Assembly (NCBI GenBank): GCA_017859655.1
Contig: JAFMMO010000001.1
Location: 1-49,138, forward strand
Direction: 5' to 3'
DNA length: 49,138 bases
Source: Pseudomonadota bacterium
GTDB lineage: Bacteria > Planctomycetota > UBA8108 > UBA1146
Shown: positions 26,711 through 36,285 of the stretch, piece after piece
How the letters are laid out: each line of letters starts with the position of its first letter
How positions within the stretch are numbered: the first letter of the stretch is position 1
Program-made: the position numbers and the translations under genes
Notes under the pieces: model-generated
The model's input: only the letters and a program-made list of their open reading frames with translations
Databases searched by the model: none
Told to the model about the DNA's origin: nothing

Positions 26711-29401
26711 ATGGTCCCCATCCACATCCGTGTCCTTCTCACCACCCTCGCCCTCCTTGGCAGCCTCACCTCCGCTCGGCTCCCCGCCGCGGAGGAGTTT
26801 CAATCCCGCTTCGAGGAGCAGGTCGACCGGATCTGGGTCGGACCGGAGTTCCAGGCGTGCCGTCATCAGGACTGGCGGGTGAGGGGCGGCTGGCTCGAGT
26901 GCGCCGAGGCGCGGGCCCGCTACCCGATGCGCACCTGCTCCCTCCTCGCCCGGGAGATCGATCCCGCCCGGGGAGGCTTCTCCCTTCGGGCCGAGGTGCG
27001 TCCCATCACGAGCGAGCCGACCACCGCGCCGCGGGCCGCGGGGTTCCTCGTGGGAGTCGGGGACCTCGACACGGACCCGCGGCTGCGGGCGCTGGTGCAG
27101 GGGGTGCCCGCCCCCGGAGGCGGTCTCCTCGCGGTCGTCGACGAGCGGGGGAGGGCCTCCTTTCGCGACTTCTCCACGCGGCCGGCGCGGGTCGGCTTCT
27201 GGAGCATCGATGGGCCCCTCGCGGAAGATGCCTGCGGGCCGCTCCCCGGCGTGACCCTCCAGGGGGAGGGACTCGAGGGGAGCTGGCAGGATGAGCATCT
27301 CCTCCTCGTGCTCGAGGTCGAGACCGCCGCCGCGGAGACGGTGCGGCTCACCCTGAGAGTGCTGCGCGACGGGGGCGACGAGCTCTCCCGCGCCGTGGTC
27401 GATGGCATCCCGAGGGCGCGCCTCGCCGGCTCGATCTCCCTCCTCAGTCACGGCGGCGGCGCCGGGCACGGCTTCCGGCGGGTGAGGCTGGACGGTCCGG
27501 GCGTCGTCGACACCCCGGAGAGCACGGTCGGTCCCGTGATCGGAGTGTTCTACACCGTCGACCCCGACGCCCTGAAGCTGACCGCCCAGCTCCCGCCCCT
27601 CGGCCCCGAGGATCCTCCGACCGCGGAGCTGCAGCTGCTCGGGGATGACGGAGAGTGGACAACGGTGGCGACCGCTCCCCGTCGGCCCCTCTCCGACACC
27701 TGCCACTTCCGGGTCGACCGCCACCCCGCGGTCCGGGATACGGCGTTTCGCGTCGTCACGGCCCTCGCCCGGCGCGAGGGGGAGCCGCTCCGCTACACCT
27801 ACGACGGCACGATTCGAGGAGAGCCGGCCTCGGGGGACCCCCTCGACATCGCCCTGATCAGCTGCGTGAAGAACTACACCGGCGACCTCGCCTGGAGCTC
27901 GAGCCGGATCTGGTATCCCCACGCGGAGGTGGTCGATGCGATCCTCGCGAGCGAGCCCGACCTGCTCCTCTGCGCCGGGGACCAGATCTACGAGGGGGAC
28001 CTCAGCGGGCCGGACCGATCATCGGAGACCGCGACACGCCTCGACTTCCAGACGAAGTGGCAGCGCTTCCTCCTCGCCTTCGGATCGATCACCCGCTGCA
28101 CCCCCACCGTCGTCATCCCGGATGATCACGATGTCTTCCACGGGAACCTGTGGGGGGCCGGGAACGAGCGCGGGCCGGCCGTGAAGGGGATGACGGTCCA
28201 GGACCGCGGGGGCTACAAGCTCTCCCCGGAGCTCGTGAACATGGTCCACGACGCCCAGACCGGCCATCTCCCCGACCCGGTCGACCCGGCTCCGATCGCC
28301 GGAGGGATCCGTCCCTACTTCACCCGCCTCGAGTACGGAGGGCTGTCCCTCGCGATCATCGGGGATCGAATGTGGAAGAGCGCACCGAGCGTCGTCCTCC
28401 CCGAGGGGCAGATCGTCAATGGCTGGGCCCGGAACCCCGAGTTCGACTGGGTCCGCGACGGGGATCCTCCCGGGGCGGTCCTCCTCGGCGAGCGGCAGGA
28501 GTCTTTCCTCGCGGACTGGGTCGTCGACTACTCCCACGAGGCGCGCTGGAAGGTCCTCCTCGGGCAGAGCGTCTTCGCGAACGTCGCGACCCTGCCCCCC
28601 CCGGCGAACTCCGATGCCGTGGTCCCCGGGCTCCCGATGCCGGAGAAGGGGGAGTACCCCGAGGGGGAGCTCGTCGCCGCCGACGGGGACTCGAACGGCT
28701 GGCCGCGGACGCCCCGCAACCGCGCCGTCGGCATCCTGACCCGGGGCTCGGCGCTGCACCTCAGCGGTGACCAGCATCTCGCGAGCGTCATCCGCTATGG
28801 GATCGACCGGCCGGGAGATGCCGGGATCGCCTTCGGAGGCCCCTCGGTCGCGAACACCTGGCCCCGTCGGTGGTTCCCCTCCACTCCCGGCCTGAACCGC
28901 GCCCCCGGCGCTCCGGCGTACACCGGTGACTTCCTGGACGGCTTCGGCAACCCGATGCGCGTCCTCGCCGTCGCGAACCCGGCGAAGACCGGCCGGGAGC
29001 CCGCGCTCCTGCACGACCGGGTCCCCGGGTTCGCCCTCGTCCGCCTCGACCCGGGAAGCTCATCGGTCACCCTGGAGTGCTGGCCTCGCGGCGTCGACCC
29101 TCTCGACCCGGAGGCGCAGCAGTACTCCGGCTGGCCGATCACGATCTCGGCGCGGGAGCTCGATGGGCGGGAGCCCTGGGGGACCCTCATCCCGGTGACC
29201 TCTCCTCCCGATCGCGCCGTCCCCCTCGTCGTGCGCGTCCGTCGGGAGCCGGGCGGCGAGATCATCGCGGCGCGCCGCCTCGCTCCCGGGGAGACCTGGC
29301 ACCCCCCCGTCTTTGAGCCGGGGACCTACACCGTCGAGAGCGGCGACGGAGAGGGGCCCTGGCGGGTGAGCCGGGGTCAGGGCGCCGTTCCCCGCCGCTG
29401 A
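26711..29401 (+). CDS. Secreted alkaline phosphatase D (PhoD)-family metallophosphoesterase with a large N-terminal domain
   Basis: Signal peptide; LISC, AGDQIYE, PDDHDV, DSNGWP, LSGDQH; GGAGG RBS. Confidence 0.8.
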   Translation: MVPIHIRVLLTTLALLGSLTSARLPAAEEFQSRFEEQVDRIWVGPEFQACRHQDWRVRGGWLECAEARARYPMRTCSLLAREIDPARGGFSLRAEVRPITSEPTTAPRAAGFLVGVGDLDTDPRLRALVQGVPAPGGGLLAVVDERGRASFRDFSTRPARVGFWSIDGPLAEDACGPLPGVTLQGEGLEGSWQDEHLLLVLEVETAAAETVRLTLRVLRDGGDELSRAVVDGIPRARLAGSISLLSHGGGAGHGFRRVRLDGPGVVDTPESTVGPVIGVFYTVDPDALKLTAQLPPLGPEDPPTAELQLLGDDGEWTTVATAPRRPLSDTCHFRVDRHPAVRDTAFRVVTALARREGEPLRYTYDGTIRGEPASGDPLDIALISCVKNYTGDLAWSSSRIWYPHAEVVDAILASEPDLLLCAGDQIYEGDLSGPDRSSETATRLDFQTKWQRFLLAFGSITRCTPTVVIPDDHDVFHGNLWGAGNERGPAVKGMTVQDRGGYKLSPELVNMVHDAQTGHLPDPVDPAPIAGGIRPYFTRLEYGGLSLAIIGDRMWKSAPSVVLPEGQIVNGWARNPEFDWVRDGDPPGAVLLGERQESFLADWVVDYSHEARWKVLLGQSVFANVATLPPPANSDAVVPGLPMPEKGEYPEGELVAADGDSNGWPRTPRNRAVGILTRGSALHLSGDQHLASVIRYGIDRPGDAGIAFGGPSVANTWPRRWFPSTPGLNRAPGAPAYTGDFLDGFGNPMRVLAVANPAKTGREPALLHDRVPGFALVRLDPGSSSVTLECWPRGVDPLDPEAQQYSGWPITISARELDGREPWGTLIPVTSPPDRAVPLVVRVRREPGGEIIAARRLAPGETWHPPVFEPGTYTVESGDGEGPWRVSRGQGAVPRR

Positions 29402-29568
29402 CGGCTCGCGATCCGCCGACGCGGGGGCAGAGGGACGGACGAGGGGTCGGGGGGGCCGATGGGCGGAAATCCCCGCCCCCTGCGGTACGATGGAGAGCGC
29501 GGACCTCCGCCGGCTGGGGGGTGTCCCCCGCCGGCCGCTCGCACCCGCCTTCTGCCGAGGAGCCCCCG

Positions 29569-32430
29569 ATGTCCCTCACTCCCGCCCACTCCCGAAGAGC
29601 GGCAGCGACCGCGCGCGGGGCGGCCGGAGGGCGGACGCTGCTGCCTCTGCTGGGGGTGCTCATCCTGCTGGCTTCGCCGGTCGTGGCGAACGACCCGTCC
29701 TCGGCGAGGGGGGCATCCGCCCCGCTCCCCCGGAGCTCGGTCCATGGACTCCGGATCCCCGATCGACTGGCGCTCATCATGGAGGAGCCGGGTCCCCGGC
29801 TCCCCGACTCCCTTGTGTCCACCCTCGCCTCCCATCGGAGTCGGGCCACCCTCGCGGAGGGGCACCCGCGCCTCTGGTTCATCGAGCTCCCCGCGGAGGA
29901 AGCGCCGGTGCAGCACCGCGCTCAGCACCGTGCACAGCGCCGGGAGCTCCTCCGGGAGCTCCGAGCCCTCCCCGAGGTCCGGTGCATCGGTGAGGTCCAT
30001 GAGAACTCCGCTGCGGTCGGTCTCCGCGAGCCGGTGCTCGTGATTCCGCTCCCGGAGCTCCTCGTCGAGCTCTCGTCGGGAGCATCGAGGGAGGAAATCG
30101 CGGCGCGACTCGCGGCGATCGGGCTCGAGCACGTCGCCCACTTCCCCTCCCTCCGGGGAGGCATCCTCCACCTCCGGCATGGAGGTCTCCCCGCGGAGAG
30201 CGCCGCTCTGGCCGCGCAGATCTCCGGTTGGGACGGGATCCACAGCGCGGAGGTGAACGTCCTCGAGGGCTTCCCCCCCCTGAGCATTCCGAACGACCCT
30301 CTCTTCCCGCAGCAGTGGTCTCTGAGGAACACGGGCCAGGGAGGGGGCTGGACCCCCGGCGCCGATCTGAACGCTCCCTCCGCGTGGGACCTCGCCACCG
30401 GCGACCCCTCGGTGACCATCGCGATCATCGATGAGGGGGTCGATGTCACGCACCCCGACCTCGCCTCTCGGGTGTTGCCGGGGCACGACGCCACCGACCA
30501 GCCCTCCCCCGCCGCGATCCCCGGGAACTGCGCCCCCGCGGACGAGCACGGCACCGCGTGCGCGGGGATCGCGGCCGCCGCCGGGAACGACGGCGCCGGC
30601 ATGACGGGTGTCTGCTGGAACGCCTCGATCCTGCCGGTGCGGGTGGGCTACGGCGCCTACTGGTCCCAGCTCTCGTGGCAGGTCGATGCGATCACCTGGG
30701 CCGCGGATCAGGGCGCGGACATCCTCTCGAACTCCTGGGGGAGCTCGATCCCCTCCGCGTCGGTCCGCTCCGCCATCGAGTACGCGACGACGAGCGGCCG
30801 CGGCGGACTCGGCGCCGTCGTCCTCTTCGCCGCGGGAAACAGCGACGGCCCGATCGTCTACCCCGCGAAGCACCCCGCCGCGATCGCGGTCGGAGCGAGC
30901 AGCCCCTGCGACGAGCGCTGCAGCCCGGCCTCCTGCGACAACGAGGTCTTCTGGGGGAGCTGCCACGGCCTCGAGCTCGATCTCGTCGCCCCCGGAGCGG
31001 CGCTCGTGACCGCCGACAATGTCGGTCCCGCGGGGGGTGGCGCCGGGGACTACCTCTTCGGCTTCAACGGGACCTCCGCCGCCTGCCCTCATGTGGCGGG
31101 CGCGGCCGCGCTCCTGCTCTCCCTCCGCCCCGACCTCGATGCGGTGCAGGTGCGGAGCCACCTCATCTCCGCCGGACGCGACCTTGTCGGAGTCCCGGCC
31201 GAGGACACCAGCGGCTGGGATCCGTACATGGGCTGGGGGCGTCTCGATCTCCGCCTCCTCCTCGAGTCCGCGCTCGGGCCCGCTCCCCCCGGGAGCCTGA
31301 CCTGCACGCCGAGCGGCACCGCCGTCCTCCTCGAGTGGACCGTCCCGCCCGGTGTCTCCTACGACCACTACGAGCTGCGGCGAAACGGAGATCTCATCGC
31401 CGCGGTCCCTGGCGACGCCCTGCTCCACACCGAGCCCGCGCTCCCCCCCGGGAGCCATCAGTACGCTCTCCGCGGCGTCGCCTCGGGGGTGCGCACGCCG
31501 ATGGCGACCTGCACGACCTTCGTCTCCGGCGGAGCGAGCGATCTCGTCTGGACCCCTCCGACCGCGGTCGGTCCGGTCGACGGCGGGGCGGCGATCTCCG
31601 CCGCGCTCATCGCGAACGGCCGTACCCCCGTGGCGACGGAGGACCTCCTCTCCGTCGGTGACCTGGACCCCTTCTCCCGGATCTGGGTCACCCTCGGCAC
31701 GAGCCCCGCGAAGCATGTCCTGAGCGAGCCCGAGGCGGCGCTCCTCCTCGACTACCTGACGAACGGCGTCGGAGGCTCGAGCCTCTACCTCGAGGGCGCC
31801 GACACCTGGGTGGAGGATCCCGTGACGAGCCTCCATCCGCTCTTCGGGATCGACGGGTCCTTCGGGGGCCTCGCCGACCTCGACACGATCACCGGCGTCG
31901 ACATCGGCGTCGCCGATCTCTCCGGACTCTCCATGGACTACGACGGGGAGAACAGCTCCATCGACCGACTGATCCCCGTCCCTCCTGCGGCGACGCTGTT
32001 GCGGAACGGACCGACGAGCGTCTACGACGTGGCGATCCACCGGGAGACTATCGAGTATCGCACCATCGGGGCCAGCCTCGAGTTCGGGGGGCTTCAGGAG
32101 AGCGGGGGAGCGACCCGAGCCGCAGTGATGGCGGAGCTCCTCGCGGCGCTCACCGGACCCTCGACCCCGTTCCTGCGCGGGGATGCGGACGGCAGCGGAT
32201 CGATCGATGTCGCCGACGCGATCCTGATCCTGGAGCAGCTGTTCCTCGGAGGCGGCAGCAGTTGCCTCGACGCGCTCGATGTGAACGACAGCGGCAGCCT
32301 GAACATCGCCGATGCCATCGCGGCCCTCGGATACCTCTTCTCCGGCGCCGCTCCCCCCGCTCCGCCCTTCCCCACCCCGGGCCCGGATCCGACCGACAAC
32401 GACCCGCTCGACTGCGCCTCCTGGCCCTGA
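29569..32430 (+). CDS. Secreted S8 serine protease with an FN3-like domain and dockerin-like C-terminus (paralog of 14409-18599)
   Basis: IAIIDEGVD, HGTACAG, AAGN, GTSAACPHVAG; FLRGDADGSG...CLDALDVNDSG; GAGGAG RBS before ATG 29569. Confidence 0.92.
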   Translation: MSLTPAHSRRAAATARGAAGGRTLLPLLGVLILLASPVVANDPSSARGASAPLPRSSVHGLRIPDRLALIMEEPGPRLPDSLVSTLASHRSRATLAEGHPRLWFIELPAEEAPVQHRAQHRAQRRELLRELRALPEVRCIGEVHENSAAVGLREPVLVIPLPELLVELSSGASREEIAARLAAIGLEHVAHFPSLRGGILHLRHGGLPAESAALAAQISGWDGIHSAEVNVLEGFPPLSIPNDPLFPQQWSLRNTGQGGGWTPGADLNAPSAWDLATGDPSVTIAIIDEGVDVTHPDLASRVLPGHDATDQPSPAAIPGNCAPADEHGTACAGIAAAAGNDGAGMTGVCWNASILPVRVGYGAYWSQLSWQVDAITWAADQGADILSNSWGSSIPSASVRSAIEYATTSGRGGLGAVVLFAAGNSDGPIVYPAKHPAAIAVGASSPCDERCSPASCDNEVFWGSCHGLELDLVAPGAALVTADNVGPAGGGAGDYLFGFNGTSAACPHVAGAAALLLSLRPDLDAVQVRSHLISAGRDLVGVPAEDTSGWDPYMGWGRLDLRLLLESALGPAPPGSLTCTPSGTAVLLEWTVPPGVSYDHYELRRNGDLIAAVPGDALLHTEPALPPGSHQYALRGVASGVRTPMATCTTFVSGGASDLVWTPPTAVGPVDGGAAISAALIANGRTPVATEDLLSVGDLDPFSRIWVTLGTSPAKHVLSEPEAALLLDYLTNGVGGSSLYLEGADTWVEDPVTSLHPLFGIDGSFGGLADLDTITGVDIGVADLSGLSMDYDGENSSIDRLIPVPPAATLLRNGPTSVYDVAIHRETIEYRTIGASLEFGGLQESGGATRAAVMAELLAALTGPSTPFLRGDADGSGSIDVADAILILEQLFLGGGSSCLDALDVNDSGSLNIADAIAALGYLFSGAAPPAPPFPTPGPDPTDNDPLDCASWP

Positions 32431-32560
32431 TCCCCCGGGAACCGATCCCCACCCCGCCGGGATCACCGGGGCTGCCGGGCGCTTCGTGCTATCCTCCGCG
32501 CGGAGGCGCCGGACCGGCAGGCGCCCCTCCGGCCGTCCCCCTCCCCGGTGCGAGGTCTCC

Positions 32561-33988
32561 TTGAAGCGCTCTTCCGCCCATCGCCCCTTCGTCGTCGTCG
32601 GTGGAGGCGTCTCCGGCCTCGCCGCGGCGGCGACCCTCGTCGGCGCCGAGCCCGCCTCCGGCATATCGGTGATCGTCTGCGAGCGCGAAGGCGAGCTCGG
32701 CGGCAAGGCGCGGACCCTCGAGCTCGACGACTTCCGGATCGAGACCGGCCCGGTCACCTTCCTCGATGACACCCCGGCCCTCACCGAGTGCATCCGCGCG
32801 GCGGGACTGGAGGAGGAGCGGGTGCGGGCGCAGCGGGTCGCCGGGCGTCGCTTCCTGATCCGCGCGGGGAGGATGCGGGAGGTGCCGGCCCACCCGCTCC
32901 GGTTCATCCGATCCGGGCCGCTCGGACTCCCCGGCCTGCTCCGCCTCCTCGCCGAGCCCCTCGTCCCCCGCGCCGCGCCGGACCGTGTCCGGGATGAGAC
33001 GGTGGAGGCCTTCGCCCGCCGCCGACTCGGGGCGCGCGCGGCGGAGCGCCTCGTGACGCCCCTCGTCCGCGGGGTCTGGGCGGGGGATCCCGCGCAGCTC
33101 TCCGTGGTCTCCGCGTTCCCCCGCTGGGCGGAGCTGGAGCGAACTCACGGCTCCCTGCTGCGGGGGATGCTCGCCGGACGACGCGGAGGCGCGGCGGGGG
33201 CGGAGCCCCGGGAGCTGGGGAGCCGCGCGCCGAGCTCGTTTCGCGGGGGAATCGAGGCGCTGCCGCGCGCCCTCGCCGCGCTCCCCGGAGTGGAGGTGCG
33301 TCTCCGCACGACCGTTCGATCGATCACCCGGGCAGGGCAGGAGTGGAGGGTCGAAGGGTCCGTCGGGCCTCCCATCGAAGCGGCCGGCGTGATCCTCGCC
33401 GGGGAGGCGCGACCGATGGCCGCGCTGCTGGCACCGACCGCGCCGCGGACCGCCCAGGCCCTCCGCACCCTCCACTCACCGCCGGTGACGATCGTGGCCC
33501 TCGGCTACCCCGCCGCCTCGGCGGCGCGGTTCCCGGAGGGATTTGGCGCCCTCGCGGCCCCCGGCGCCGGCGTACGGCTCCTCGGCACCCTGTGGGATGG
33601 GAGGATCTTCCCCGACCGCTCCCCCCCCGGCCAACTCCTCGTCCGGGTGATCTACGGGGGATCGGTGGACCCCGAGAGCGCGGCGCTCGACGACGACAGG
33701 CTCGCGGCGCTCGCCCACTCCGAGCTCGATCGTCTCCTCGGACTCCCCGAGCCCCCCCGGCTCTCCCATGTCATCCGGTGGTCCGAGGCGATCCCCCAGT
33801 ACGACCTCGCTCATCTCACCCGGCGGGAGACGGCGGAGGAGGAGCTCGCTTCTCTGCCGGGACTGGAGCTCGCCGGGACCGCGCTGAGCGGCGTCTCCTT
33901 CGGGAAGGCGGTCGAGGCGGGGACGGCGGCGGCGGCGCGGCTCCTCGCCACACGGGCGAGGGGTGCGTCCGCCCCGGGTCCCGACTAG
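32561..33988 (+). CDS. hemY: Protoporphyrinogen/coproporphyrinogen III oxidase (HemY type)
   Basis: VVVGGGVSGLAAA FAD motif, ELGGKART, IETGP, GVWAGDPAQLS, FGAL..LLGTLWD, RWSEAIPQY; TTG start re-called at 32561. Confidence 0.88.
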   Translation: MKRSSAHRPFVVVGGGVSGLAAAATLVGAEPASGISVIVCEREGELGGKARTLELDDFRIETGPVTFLDDTPALTECIRAAGLEEERVRAQRVAGRRFLIRAGRMREVPAHPLRFIRSGPLGLPGLLRLLAEPLVPRAAPDRVRDETVEAFARRRLGARAAERLVTPLVRGVWAGDPAQLSVVSAFPRWAELERTHGSLLRGMLAGRRGGAAGAEPRELGSRAPSSFRGGIEALPRALAALPGVEVRLRTTVRSITRAGQEWRVEGSVGPPIEAAGVILAGEARPMAALLAPTAPRTAQALRTLHSPPVTIVALGYPAASAARFPEGFGALAAPGAGVRLLGTLWDGRIFPDRSPPGQLLVRVIYGGSVDPESAALDDDRLAALAHSELDRLLGLPEPPRLSHVIRWSEAIPQYDLAHLTRRETAEEELASLPGLELAGTALSGVSFGKAVEAGTAAAARLLATRARGASAPGPD

Positions 33989-34003
33989 CGGCGGGCGGTG
34001 GCG

Positions 34004-34495
34004 TCAGGACTTGCGGCGGGAGCGCCTCTCCTGGGTGCGCTGGCGACCCTCCGAGAAGCGGCGACGCTCCTCATCGTTCTGCGGGTCCACCGGGGGCACC
34101 GTGGTCGGGCGGCCATCCTCGTCGAGGGCGACGAAAGTGAGGTAGGCGCTCGAGGTGTGGGTGAGGACCCCGGTGTGCGGGTGTTCCCCGAGCACCTTGA
34201 CCCCGACCTCCATCGAGGTGCTGCCGGTGCAATTCACCGAGGCCTTCAGCAGCATGAAGTGTCCCTCGGGGATGGAGTGCAGGAACTCCACATGGTCCAT
34301 GGCGGCGGTGACCACCGGTCGGCGGCAGTGGCGGATCGCCGTCATGGCGCAGATCAGGTCCATGGCGTGGAGGACCTTGCCGCCGAGGACGTTCCCGTGG
34401 GTGTTCGTGTCGTTGGGCAGGATCAGCTCCCGGGTCTCGACCTGACTCTCCGCCGGCGCCCGCGGCGGTGGGCTCGCCCCTCCCTTGTCGCTCAT
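34004..34495 (-). CDS. Acyl-CoA thioesterase (hotdog fold, YciA-like)
   Basis: ILPNDTNTHGNVLGGKVLHAMD, VVTA, TGSTSMEVGV, AYLTFVALD; ATGA overlap with the polX stop. Confidence 0.92.
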   Translation of the reverse strand: MSDKGGASPPPRAPAESQVETRELILPNDTNTHGNVLGGKVLHAMDLICAMTAIRHCRRPVVTAAMDHVEFLHSIPEGHFMLLKASVNCTGSTSMEVGVKVLGEHPHTGVLTHTSSAYLTFVALDEDGRPTTVPPVDPQNDEERRRFSEGRQRTQERRSRRKS

Positions 34496-36246
34496 GAGAT
34501 CCCCGCTCGGTTGCGGCGCGCCCGCAGGCGCCCCAGGTAGCGCTCGATCGGCCAGGTGTTCGTGACCTGCTCGGAGGTGAGGCCCGCCTTGCGGGCGACA
34601 CCGATGCCGTGGCGGACATCGTCGATCCCCGCGATCGAGTGCGCGTCGGGGTGGATCCCGACCTCGACTCCGAGGTCCCGCACCCGCCCCCCCCACCGCC
34701 AGTCGAGGTCGAGGCGGTGCGGGCTCGCGTTGATCTCGACGATGACCCCCTCCTCCGCGGCGACCGAGAGCAGGTGCTCCATGTCGCAGTCGTAAGGATC
34801 CCGCCGCAGGAGGAGGCGCCCGGTGGGGTGCCCCCAGACGGTGGTGAAGGGGCTGCGGAGCGCCCGCTCGATGCGGGCGGTCTGGGTCTCCCGGTCGAGG
34901 GAGAAGTTCGCGTGGACCGAGGCGACGACATAGTCCAGCTCGGCGAGGACCTCATCCGGGTAGTCGAGGGAGCCGTCGGGGAGGATGTCGGACTCGATCC
35001 CGTGGAGGATGGTGATGTCGTCGAACTCCTCGTTCAGCGCATCGACCTCCGCCCGCTGTTCGCGGAGCTCCGCGATGGAGAGTCCCCCGGCGTAGGAGGC
35101 GGTCCTCGAGTGGTCCGCGGTGCCGTAGTACTCCCACCCCTTCGACCGCGCCGCCTCGACCATCTCCCTCAGGGAGTTCCGGCCGTCCGACCAGGTGCTG
35201 TGGTTGTGGAGGATCCCGCGGAGGTCCCCCACCTCGACGAGCGTCGGGAAGGACTCGGTCTCCGCGCCCTGCTCCACTTCGCCCAGGTCCTCCCGCAGCT
35301 CCGGCGGGACCGGCGCGAGGTCGAGAGCGCGGAAGATCGCGTCCTCGTCGGCGGTCTCGATCCGCTCATCCTCCGCATCCCCATCCGCGACCCGCCAGAG
35401 GCCGTACTCGTTCAGCTTCCACCCGCGGTCCTTCGCGAGCTGCCGGAGGCGGGTGTTGTGCTCCTTCGACCCCGTGAAGTAGTGGAGGGCCGCCGGGAAC
35501 TCGATCGGCGCGACGATGCGGAGGTCGACCCCGATCCCCTCGCTTGAGACCACCCGGCACTTCTTCCTTCCCTCCGCCGCGACCGACTCGATCCCCGGGC
35601 TCCCGAGGAAGGCGGCGCGGGCCGGCTCCCCGTCCTCCGCCGCGACGAGGATGTCGACATCGCCGATCGTCTCCCGCCGGCGTCGGAGGCTGCCGGCGAT
35701 CGCCGCGCGCTGCACCCCCGGCGCGCTCTCGACGGCGAGGAGGAAGCGGGCCGCCACCTCCTCGGCGACATGGGTGAGGGAGCGGCCGGCGAACTTCTTC
35801 ATCCGCTCGATCCCGGCGAGGATGTCCGCCTCGCTTTTCGGGCCGAAGCCCTTGAGACCCCGTACCTGCTCCTGGCGGAGGGCCGCCTCGAGCTCGGCGA
35901 TGCGGGTGATCCCCAGCCCCTCCCAGATCGCCCGAACCTTCTTCGGCCCGACCCCGGGAATGCGAAGCCACTCGAGGAGCTCCGCCGGGACGGAGGCTCG
36001 GATCTCCGCGGCCTCGGCGGACGATCCCCCGGTCACCGCCTCCTCGATGATGGCAGCGAGGGAGCTCCCGATCCCCCGGATGGAGGTGACCTCCCCCGCC
36101 TCGACGAGGCCGGCGAGGTCTCCCTGCCAGGACTCGAGGCTGCGCGCCCCGTTGCGGAAGGCGCGCACCCGATGGCCGTTCGCGCCGGCGATCTCGAGGA
36201 TGTCCGCCAGCTCGAGGAGCTCGTGCACGATCTCGATCGTCTGCAT
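34492..36246 (-). CDS. polX: DNA polymerase X / PHP-domain 3'-5' exonuclease
   Basis: HhH motifs (IRGIG, IPGVGPK, LKGFGPK), AGSLRR, IGDVDIL, VDLR, YFTGSKEHN; PHP motifs HNHSTWSDG, TADHS, WGHPTGR, PDAH. Confidence 0.95.
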   Translation of the reverse strand: MQTIEIVHELLELADILEIAGANGHRVRAFRNGARSLESWQGDLAGLVEAGEVTSIRGIGSSLAAIIEEAVTGGSSAEAAEIRASVPAELLEWLRIPGVGPKKVRAIWEGLGITRIAELEAALRQEQVRGLKGFGPKSEADILAGIERMKKFAGRSLTHVAEEVAARFLLAVESAPGVQRAAIAGSLRRRRETIGDVDILVAAEDGEPARAAFLGSPGIESVAAEGRKKCRVVSSEGIGVDLRIVAPIEFPAALHYFTGSKEHNTRLRQLAKDRGWKLNEYGLWRVADGDAEDERIETADEDAIFRALDLAPVPPELREDLGEVEQGAETESFPTLVEVGDLRGILHNHSTWSDGRNSLREMVEAARSKGWEYYGTADHSRTASYAGGLSIAELREQRAEVDALNEEFDDITILHGIESDILPDGSLDYPDEVLAELDYVVASVHANFSLDRETQTARIERALRSPFTTVWGHPTGRLLLRRDPYDCDMEHLLSVAAEEGVIVEINASPHRLDLDWRWGGRVRDLGVEVGIHPDAHSIAGIDDVRHGIGVARKAGLTSEQVTNTWPIERYLGRLRARRNRAGIS

Positions 36247-36285
36247 TCCTGGCTCTCCCTGCTCATTCCGCGGTCGGAGGGTGGG

